DNA of 64,000 nt, from assembly GCA_902512755.1 (NCBI GenBank), contig CABXKB010000003.1:2324-66323 (forward strand). Direction: 5' to 3'. Positions 56,681 through 64,000 of this stretch are shown here, in pieces (within the stretch, counting starts at the first letter, position 1; each line of letters opens with the position of its first letter). The translations under genes were made by a program, and so were the position numbers. Below the pieces are notes generated by a model that did no database searches, had not been told where the DNA came from, and saw nothing but the letters and a program-made list of their open reading frames with translations. Source of the stretch: an uncultured Bacteroidota bacterium. GTDB taxonomy: Bacteria > Bacteroidota > Bacteroidia > Flavobacteriales > Flavobacteriaceae.

Positions 56681-57589
56681 ATGATTTTTTATAATGATAA
56701 AATAAGTGAATGGAGTTCTGTTTATTTAAGCCCATTATTCAATCATCATATGAATATTTCTAGCCCTTTTCTTATGAGACACATTTCAGAATACGATGAC
56801 TCTAATGATATTTTATATACAGGTTTAGGTATGGGTGTCCAAGGATTTAATCATATAATATATAGTTATAATTTTTTGAATAAAGAATGGAAAGAAATTG
56901 GTTCTATTGCTGAACAAATTAGTCTAGATTTTATTAAAATAGAAGGTTTAAAAACAAATGCTTTTATCAAAAACAATATAATTTACACATTTGATTTTAA
57001 AAACAGATCATATTCAAAGCAAGAAAGCCCACTTCATATTTCATCATCATTAGAGAAGGTATATCTAGATGAGAATTCTAAAAGGCTTTTAATTGCTTCA
57101 AAAGGAATTAATTCTAATTTAAATTTATCAATTATAAATAAGGATATTTTTTTTAAAGGAAATAAAACATTATATAATTTTAAAGAAAAAAGCTTTTTTC
57201 CATCCTATTATTTGGCTCTAACGTTTTTGTTGTTATTAATCGTGATTTTTATTTATTTAATGTTTAATAGGAATATAACATATAAAATGCTTCTTAATAA
57301 AAAAGGTGATATTGAAAATTCCTTGATCAAATACGAGAGAGATTTTTTTAGATTAATGATTTCCAATTATCCGAAAAAAACAAAATTCAATGATTTAGGT
57401 GATTTGTTTGAAATTGAATTAGCATATGAAACTAGAGTTAAAAAAATCAATTCAGGAATCGTAAATATCAATTCATGTGCGAAAAAAATCCTTTCAACTA
57501 GAAAAAATATTTTCATTATTGAAAAATCTAAAGAAGACTCTAGAATGAAAGAAATTAAATTAAATATAAGTGCTGAAAACAATAAATAG
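56681..57589 (+). CDS. Hypothetical single-pass membrane protein: Kelch-like repeat region, TM helix, winged-helix-like tail; probably 5'-truncated
   Basis: The frame is open from 56543 and encodes IYSFGGYG (Kelch-like) before the first ATG, with no canonical start there. TM helix YYLALTFLLLLIVIFIYLMF. The C-terminal 100 aa loosely resemble an OmpR/CadC-type winged helix. Confidence 0.4.
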   Translation: MIFYNDKISEWSSVYLSPLFNHHMNISSPFLMRHISEYDDSNDILYTGLGMGVQGFNHIIYSYNFLNKEWKEIGSIAEQISLDFIKIEGLKTNAFIKNNIIYTFDFKNRSYSKQESPLHISSSLEKVYLDENSKRLLIASKGINSNLNLSIINKDIFFKGNKTLYNFKEKSFFPSYYLALTFLLLLIVIFIYLMFNRNITYKMLLNKKGDIENSLIKYERDFFRLMISNYPKKTKFNDLGDLFEIELAYETRVKKINSGIVNINSCAKKILSTRKNIFIIEKSKEDSRMKEIKLNISAENNK

Positions 57590-58003
57590 TTTTCACATAA
57601 TACGTCATTTAGTATTGATATACAGGTGATTACAAATAGAGCAGAAGAGGATATACCTGTGTTTTAAAAAAGAAAACTACTTTACCTTAGAAATGAATTT
57701 GGACTATCTTAGAAATTAAATTTTTTAGTGGAAATAAATATAAATTCATTTTAGAAGATAGGAGTTCCTTTTATAAGTATATAATTAGAGTCTCTTAAAT
57801 AGGCTTTAGAATAAGTGTGTGAGAAAATAGCATTTTGACGTTCTTTAAGTCGTGCTTAAAATAAGTTTTGTAGGGAATTGAAAAGGGTACTATATTCGCA
57901 TCAAATAAGTTCTTAACCAGTATTGTTAAGTCGTTCTTTTTGTCGTAATATTGCAGCCGTCATTAGGCAAGGATATTACTTCAAGCCTTTAGAGAAACAC
58001 CTT

Positions 58004-58078
58004 CGGGGTGTAGCGTAGCCCGGTCATCGCGCCTGCTTTGGGAGCAGGAGGTCGCAGGTTCGAATCCTGCCACCCCGA
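58004..58078 (+). tRNA. tRNA-Pro (anticodon TGG)
   Basis: Acceptor CGGGGTG/CACCCCG, anticodon stem CCTGC/GCAGG with loop TTTGGGA, T-arm GCAGG-TTCGAAT-CCTGC. Confidence 0.93.
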
Positions 58079-58099
58079 CAATAGTATCCTTTATTTAAT

Positions 58100-58176
<77 letters not shown>

Positions 58177-58330
58177 GTTATACCATAAATAACTGAAAAA
58201 TAAGCAGTTATACTTATTTTTCTTTATATCAATTATGTGGAAATTCCAAATTATAAAGATTTAATAATAGCTATTTTTAACTTTATAATTATTAAGTTAG
58301 TATTTTACATTAAACATTAAGAATTATATA

Positions 58331-59467
58331 ATGCTCCGATTCATGAAAAAAAAAATATCACACATTTTCTTATTTTTCTTCATCCTCCAATTAGGATGTG
58401 CTCAGGATAATCCCCCAATAATTGAAACTCCAACTAAAATAAACTACTCCTACAAAATAGTTGTTGATGGCATTGATATCCCATGGGGCATGGCTTTTAT
58501 TAATGTCGATGAGTTCCTAGTTACTGAACAGTCAGGGATTTTATACTATGTAAATAAAGGACAAAAAAGAGAGGTTAACGGACTACCAAAAGTCTATTTT
58601 AGAGGTCAAGGAGGGCTTTTAGATGTAGCACTTCATCCCAATTTTTCGGAAAATAAGATAATTTACATGACTTTAGGTGCCAATACTGAAGGTGATAAAA
58701 AAGGGGGAAATACATCATTGTATTGTGCTGTTTTAAATGGTACACAGTTAAGTGAAGTTAAACTGCTCTATAAAGCAATTCCAAACACAAAAACATCTCA
58801 ACATTGGGGATCAAGAATTGTTTTTGATCAAAAAGGTCATGTATATTTTGGTATTGGAGATCGTGGAGAGAGAGATGTTAACCCTCAAGATATAACAAGA
58901 GATGGAGGGAAAATTTACCGTCTTAACCTTGATGGCTCCATTCCAAAAGACAACCCTTTTGTGAAAAAATCTGGTGCAAAAACTGCTATTTTTTCTTATG
59001 GGCATCGTAATCCTCAGGGAATGACAATACATCCAATAACTGGACAAATTTGGGAGCATGAGCATGGTCCACGTGGAGGAGACGAAATCAATATTCTTAA
59101 AAAAGGTGCTAACTATGGTTGGCCAGAAATAACCTATGGAATAAATTATAGCGGAACTGTAATTACCAACAAAACTTCAGCCCCAAATATGGTACAACCA
59201 TTTTATTATTGGATACCTTCAATTGCTCCAACCGGAATGACATTCTTAACTTCCAATATTTATAAATCCTGGAAAGACAATCTATTTGTTGGTTCATTAA
59301 AATTTCAATATCTAGAACGCCTAGTTATAGAAAATGAAAAAGTAGTTAAAAGAGAAAAAATACTAGACAACATTGGTAGGGTCCGAAACGTAGTTGAAGG
59401 ACCGGACGGCTATCTATATGTCAGTGTTGAAGGAAAAGGTATTTTAAAAATTATACCTAATAAATGA
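58331..59467 (+). CDS. PQQ-dependent sugar dehydrogenase (soluble aldose/sorbosone dehydrogenase family)
   Basis: 378 aa with a signal or lipobox (LQLGCAQ). Beta-propeller motifs GLLDVALHPNF, GDRGE, GHRNPQG and GPRGGDE. Confidence 0.85.
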   Translation: MLRFMKKKISHIFLFFFILQLGCAQDNPPIIETPTKINYSYKIVVDGIDIPWGMAFINVDEFLVTEQSGILYYVNKGQKREVNGLPKVYFRGQGGLLDVALHPNFSENKIIYMTLGANTEGDKKGGNTSLYCAVLNGTQLSEVKLLYKAIPNTKTSQHWGSRIVFDQKGHVYFGIGDRGERDVNPQDITRDGGKIYRLNLDGSIPKDNPFVKKSGAKTAIFSYGHRNPQGMTIHPITGQIWEHEHGPRGGDEINILKKGANYGWPEITYGINYSGTVITNKTSAPNMVQPFYYWIPSIAPTGMTFLTSNIYKSWKDNLFVGSLKFQYLERLVIENEKVVKREKILDNIGRVRNVVEGPDGYLYVSVEGKGILKIIPNK

Positions 59468-59880
59468 AACTTCTTTTAATGTTTTACTTTCTTGGAATGA
59501 GTTTTTTTGGGTATTTCTTAGCCCCACAAAAAAGTAAAGCCGAGAGTATTAAAAATGGATCAGAAATATATCATGATTTTTGCTACCGTTGTCATGGAAT
59601 TAATGGTGTAGGTCAAGACGATCTAATACCTCCACTGAAATCCTCTGACTATTTGATGAATAATATTGATCTTTCTATTGCAGGTTTAAAATATGGGTTA
59701 AAAGGAAAGATTACTGTTAACGGTATAGTTTATGACAGCTACATGGCATACCAAGGCCTGGATAATGATGAGATCGCAGATGTAATGAATTATATACTAA
59801 ATCAATGGGAAAATATTAATGAAGGTTTCATTACAGCTCAACAGGTTGAAAAAATCCCTAAATCTATACTAGAAAAATGA
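59464..59880 (+). CDS. Class I c-type cytochrome
   Basis: 138 aa with a signal peptide, haem-binding CYRCHG and a distal Met region. ATGA overlap with the dehydrogenase gene. Confidence 0.8.
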   Translation: MKLLLMFYFLGMSFFGYFLAPQKSKAESIKNGSEIYHDFCYRCHGINGVGQDDLIPPLKSSDYLMNNIDLSIAGLKYGLKGKITVNGIVYDSYMAYQGLDNDEIADVMNYILNQWENINEGFITAQQVEKIPKSILEK

Positions 59881-60206
59881 AAAAACCGCTAGATTGGAAC
59901 TATTTAAAATCTGTCAAACGGAGCTATTATCTTTATGGAGGCATAATAATTGGGTTTGTATTATGGATGCTTTTTGTAGACACCCATTCTTGGACTATTC
60001 ATTCAGAACTAAATCAGGAAATAGAGCAATTAGAGCTTGAAAAAGATGCCCTAAAGGCAATTATCAAAACTGATCAAAAAACCATTAAACAACTTGGTAA
60101 TCAAGATAGTTTGGAGCGTTTTGCCCGTGAGCATTATGGCCATAAAAAAGAAAATGAGATTATTTTTATAATTGAGAAAGAAGATTTAAAGAAAATCTCT
60201 AAATAA
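59877..60206 (+). CDS. Septum formation initiator (FtsB/DivIC-like) family protein
   Basis: 109 aa with a single TM helix followed by a coiled coil (EIEQLELEKDALKAIIKTDQK). Confidence 0.6.
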   Translation: MKKPLDWNYLKSVKRSYYLYGGIIIGFVLWMLFVDTHSWTIHSELNQEIEQLELEKDALKAIIKTDQKTIKQLGNQDSLERFAREHYGHKKENEIIFIIEKEDLKKISK

Positions 60207-60299
60207 ATCAGCTTGAATATATACCAATATAAATGGTTAAAAGAATCTTTTTATAGCGAGTTAAATAATTGTAATTTTATACAGTTTTAAAACATTTAA

Positions 60300-61070
60300 A
60301 TGGGTAAAATTATTGCTATTGCTAATCAAAAAGGTGGTGTGGGAAAAACTACTACCGCAATAAATCTAGCCTCAGCTTTAGGAGTTTTAGAAATGAATAT
60401 TCTGCTTATTGATGCAGATCCTCAAGCAAATGCTACATCTGGTTTAGGTATTGATGTCGGAGATGTAAAACTTGGAACTTATCAACTATTAGACCATAGT
60501 GTAGAGCCTGATAAAGCTATTATTAAAACTAATAGCCCCAATGTAGACTTAATTCCATCCCACATTGATCTAGTTGCCTCAGAAATTGAGTTGGTGGACA
60601 AAGAAGGACGTGAATACATGCTTAAAAGAATATTAGTAGATGTTAAAAATCGATACGATTTTATTATTATTGATTGTGCACCATCTCTAGGCTTAATAAC
60701 TCTTAACGCTCTTGTAGGTGCTGATGCAGTAATTATTCCTATACAATGTGAATATTTTGCTCTAGAAGGTTTGGGAAAACTATTAAATACCATTAAAAGT
60801 GTTCAAAAAATACATAATGAAGATTTAGACATAGAAGGACTTTTACTAACCATGTATGATACTCGCTTACGACTTTCAAATCAAGTCGTAGAAGAGGTGA
60901 AAAAACACTTTGGTAAAATGGTTTTTAAAACAATTATTCAAAGGAATATTCGATTAAGTGAAGCGCCCAGTTTTGGAGAAGATATAATCACTTATGATGC
61001 ATCTAGTAGAGGCGCAAAAAGCTATTTATCTTTGGCAAGCGAAATCATAAAAAGAAATAAATTGAAGTAA
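60300..61070 (+). CDS. parA: Chromosome partitioning ATPase ParA/Soj
   Basis: Deviant Walker A KIIAIANQKGGVGKTTT. 256 aa. Confidence 0.9.
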   Translation: MGKIIAIANQKGGVGKTTTAINLASALGVLEMNILLIDADPQANATSGLGIDVGDVKLGTYQLLDHSVEPDKAIIKTNSPNVDLIPSHIDLVASEIELVDKEGREYMLKRILVDVKNRYDFIIIDCAPSLGLITLNALVGADAVIIPIQCEYFALEGLGKLLNTIKSVQKIHNEDLDIEGLLLTMYDTRLRLSNQVVEEVKKHFGKMVFKTIIQRNIRLSEAPSFGEDIITYDASSRGAKSYLSLASEIIKRNKLK

Positions 61071-61960
61071 TGGGAAAATCAAAGCAAAAGCAAGTTTTAG
61101 GAAGAGGCCTTTCTGCCTTACTTAATGATCCTAATAATACCATTGAATCTGTAAGAGACAGAAATGCTGAACAAGTAATCGGAAGTGTGATTGATTTGCC
61201 CATAGAAAACATAAGTAAAAACCCTTTCCAGCCACGTACACATTTTAATGAAGAGTCTATAAAAGAATTAAGTACATCAATAAAAGAATTAGGGGTTATA
61301 CAACCTGTTACAGTTCGTAAAATGAAAGGAAACCAATACCAGTTGGTGTCTGGGGAACGTCGTTTGAGAGCGACAAGATTGGTTGGCCTAAAAAGAATCC
61401 CAGCATATGTTCGCCTTGCTAATGATCAAGAATCACTCGAAATGGCTTTGGTTGAAAATATTCAAAGGCAAGATCTCGATCCTATAGAAATAGGATTATC
61501 CTACCAGCGTCTTATTGATGAAATAAAACTTACTCAAGATCAGCTAAGCGAGCGTGTCGGAAAAAAACGCTCAACTATAGCTAACTACATGCGTTTACTA
61601 AAGTTAGATCCAATTATTCAAACAGGAATAAGAGATCAATTTATAACGATGGGTCACGGACGTGCATTGGTAAATGTAGAAGACACAAAATTACAATTAG
61701 CCCTATACAAAAAAGTTGTCAAAAAAGGACTTTCAGTTCGAGCAATTGAAGCCTTGGTTAGGAGTTTTAGAAATACTAAAACCGATTCTACTGGGAATTA
61801 TTCATCACCATTTATAAAACAAGCTGCTGAAGAATTAAAAATTATATTTGACACTTCTGTAAGCGTAACTTCAAGCAATCAAGGAAAGGGAATTTTAAAA
61901 ATTAAATTTGACTCACAAGAAAAATTGCAGCATATTTTAAATAAAATCAAAGGTGTTTAA
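61070..61960 (+). CDS. parB: Chromosome partitioning protein ParB/Spo0J
   Basis: ParB box GERRLRA, HTH region (TQDQLSERVGKKRSTIANYMRLL). TAATG overlap with parA. Confidence 0.9.
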   Translation: MGKSKQKQVLGRGLSALLNDPNNTIESVRDRNAEQVIGSVIDLPIENISKNPFQPRTHFNEESIKELSTSIKELGVIQPVTVRKMKGNQYQLVSGERRLRATRLVGLKRIPAYVRLANDQESLEMALVENIQRQDLDPIEIGLSYQRLIDEIKLTQDQLSERVGKKRSTIANYMRLLKLDPIIQTGIRDQFITMGHGRALVNVEDTKLQLALYKKVVKKGLSVRAIEALVRSFRNTKTDSTGNYSSPFIKQAAEELKIIFDTSVSVTSSNQGKGILKIKFDSQEKLQHILNKIKGV

Positions 61961-62555
61961 TCCAAAACTCTGCTATATCTTATTATTACTTTTTTATCTA
62001 CCTGCTATAGGGCAAGAAGAATCAAAAATTATTGATGCTCCAAAAAACATTGCTTTACCAGACAGCATACAAATAAACTCTAGGTTTTCCCCGAGGATCC
62101 GACGTCTAGTTGCCAATCCTCTTACCCCTTCAAAAGCTGCTTTTTATTCAGCTATTATACCTGGGCTAGGTCAAGCTTACCTAGGAAAAGGATGGAAAGT
62201 TCCTATTGTTTATGCTGCTATTGGAGCTTCTCTATATTATTATGATTTAAATAATAAAGAGATGAACTCATATAGAACAGCCTATAAAAGAAGATTAAAT
62301 GGTTTTTTTGATGATGAATATTTAGAAACTGAAATTCCCATAAAAACGGATCAACTTCTTATTGGAATGGAGTTTCATAAAAACTATCGTGATATTGCAA
62401 TAATATTAGCAGCATTATCATATATGCTTAATATTATAGAAGCTAACGTAAGTGCCCATTTATTGCAATTTAATGTAAATGATGACTTATCCTTTACTCC
62501 GAATATAATTGTAGATCAAGAACTTACAGGGATTCAATTGGCTGTTAAATTTTAA
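61953..62555 (+). CDS. DUF5683 domain-containing protein
   Basis: 200 aa with AAFYSAIIPGLGQAYLGKGWK motif. Conserved Bacteroidota position between parB and dapB. Confidence 0.65.
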   Translation: MFNPKLCYILLLLFYLPAIGQEESKIIDAPKNIALPDSIQINSRFSPRIRRLVANPLTPSKAAFYSAIIPGLGQAYLGKGWKVPIVYAAIGASLYYYDLNNKEMNSYRTAYKRRLNGFFDDEYLETEIPIKTDQLLIGMEFHKNYRDIAIILAALSYMLNIIEANVSAHLLQFNVNDDLSFTPNIIVDQELTGIQLAVKF

Positions 62556-62563
62556 ATAAATCT

Positions 62564-63268
62564 ATGAAAATTGCAATATTAGGATATGGACGAATGGGGA
62601 AAACCATTGAACGCTATTCCAAAGAACGAAATCATGAGGTTGTATTCATCCTCGACAAGAATCAAGAAAAAGGCGATCTCTCTTTAGCTGAAGTAGCTAT
62701 TAATTTTAGTGTTCCAGAAGCTGCAGTATCAAACATAAAGCTTGCCATGAAAAAAAAGATTCCTGTTGTAAGTGGAACTACAGGTTGGCTTGATAATTAT
62801 ACCGAAGTAACCTCTTTTTGTAAAAATCAAAAAACAGCATTTTTATATGCCTCTAACTTTAGTGTTGGAGTTAATATTTTCTTTAAAATTAATCGCTTTA
62901 TTGCTCAATTGATGTATCCACAAAAAAAGAATTATAAAGTAGATGTTAAAGAAATACATCACGAACATAAGCTGGATTCTCCAAGTGGAACTGCAATTAC
63001 TTTAGCAGAAGAAATTATCAATAATTCTGATTATAAGAAGTGGACTTTGAACAAAGATGAAGAAAAAAAATTATTTATTGAAACTGTAAGAGAAGGTGAC
63101 GTTCCTGGTACTCATATCATAAAGTACTGCTCAAATATTGATGAAATCAGTATAAAACACAAAGCCTATAAACGAGATGGTTTTGCTTTAGGAGCTATTA
63201 TAGCAGCAGAATGGTTAGTTGGCAAACAGGGTGTTTATAATATGGATGATGTCCTAAAAATTGATTAA
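62564..63268 (+). CDS. dapB: 4-hydroxy-tetrahydrodipicolinate reductase
   Basis: 234 aa with KIAILGYGRMG and EIHHEHKLDSPSGTA. Confidence 0.9.
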   Translation: MKIAILGYGRMGKTIERYSKERNHEVVFILDKNQEKGDLSLAEVAINFSVPEAAVSNIKLAMKKKIPVVSGTTGWLDNYTEVTSFCKNQKTAFLYASNFSVGVNIFFKINRFIAQLMYPQKKNYKVDVKEIHHEHKLDSPSGTAITLAEEIINNSDYKKWTLNKDEEKKLFIETVREGDVPGTHIIKYCSNIDEISIKHKAYKRDGFALGAIIAAEWLVGKQGVYNMDDVLKID

Positions 63269-63310
63269 TTCTAAAATGGTTTAATCTATAAGTTTATATA
63301 AAAAATACAT

Positions 63311-64000
63311 TATGACATTCTCTCAGTGGATATTATTCTTTTTTATAGTTCAAGGTGTACATTTTTTAGGAACATGGAAGCTATATAAAGCTTCAGGGCA
63401 TAAAGCATGGCATGCTATTGTGCCTATTTACAATGCTATCGTTTTGATGAAAATCATTAATCGGCCTAAGTGGTGGGTGATCTTACTTTTTATTCCAACC
63501 ATAAATTTAATTTTGGTTGGTGTAATTTGGGTTGAAATAATTCGAAGTTTTGGAAAAAACACAATAAAAGATACTGCTTTTGTCTTACTCACTTTTGGAT
63601 TGTATATATATTTAATTAATTACAGCGATAAGCCTAATCACATTGCTGATCGTAGTTTACGACCTCGAACAGGTTTTGGTGAAACCGTAAGTTCAATTCT
63701 TTGGGCCATAGTACTTGCAACAATTTTTCATAATTATCTTATCCAGCCATATATTATACCTACGGGATCTTTAGAAAAATCTTTACTAATTGGAGATTTC
63801 CTTTTTGTAAGTAAATTTCATTATGGTGCAAGAGCACCAATGACAGCTGTATCTGCCCCTATGGTTCACGATACTATACCTGGATTTAAAATACGTTCTT
63901 ATCTTAAATATCCTCAATATCCATATTTAAGATTACCTAGATTACAAAAAATTAAACGTAATGATATAGTTGTATTTAGCTGGCCTGCCGACACAGTCCG
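63311..64000 (+). CDS. lepB: Signal peptidase I (5' portion; runs off the window end)
   Basis: Open frame from the ATG at 63311 to the window end (230 codons). N-terminal multi-TM extension, then an S26 catalytic-Ser region IPTGSLEKSLLIGDFLFVSKFHYG. Not in the ORF track because it has no stop. Confidence 0.7.

Noticed and set aside
57686-57722. Direct repeat CTTAGAAAT(G/T)AA at 57686 and 57708 in the 414-nt non-coding stretch upstream of tRNA-Pro. Also considered a hidden ncRNA there (6S, SRP, RNase P).
   Set aside because: The repeat is only 9 nt exact. I could not identify conserved cores of known ncRNAs or long-range pairing by eye. Covariance-model scanning would be needed to settle it.
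59068-59077. parS-like core TCCACGTGGA near the parAB genes.
   Set aside because: Only the 10-bp core matches. The flanks differ from TGTTNCACGTGAAACA, and it lies inside the PQQ-dehydrogenase coding region (HGPRGGDE motif), so it is probably coincidental.

Overview
This is a very A/T-rich chromosomal segment with gene content and synteny typical of a marine Flavobacteriia (Bacteroidota) genome. Supporting features are parA-parB-DUF5683-dapB-lepB, divergent type III and type II glutamine synthetases, a porin-glnK-amtB operon, TAT-exported Gfo/Idh/MocA oxidoreductases and TAnnTTTG-type promoters. Most of the window is core housekeeping: dnaJ-grpE, ilvE, crcB, purU, pyrF, prfA, purM, galE, oxyR and dapB. 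There is also a nine-gene minus-strand operon for non-phosphorylative 6-deoxyhexose (L-fucose/L-rhamnose type) catabolism joined to kdgK-eda, and two clusters of periplasmic sugar oxidoreductases. Three tRNAs are present: Arg-ACG, Pro-TGG and Pro-GGG. I found no CRISPR array, transposase, integrase, or recognisable defence or toxin-antitoxin genes, so I cannot point to a convincing multi-gene novel system. The best candidates for something undescribed are: (1) a GC-cored palindrome repeated with the same roughly 52-bp two-site architecture upstream of both the amtB operon and glutamine synthetase, a candidate nitrogen operator or RNA element; (2) a tRNA-Arg-adjacent islet of five orphan exported or membrane proteins (24.4-27.3 kb), two of which share a position-matched, near-identical leader, one with ATC where the other has its ATG; (3) a decayed tRNA-Pro copy 2.5 kb upstream of the intact tRNA-Pro pair, bracketing truncated genes. 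All functional calls come from reading motifs in the translated ORFs by eye. No database search was run.
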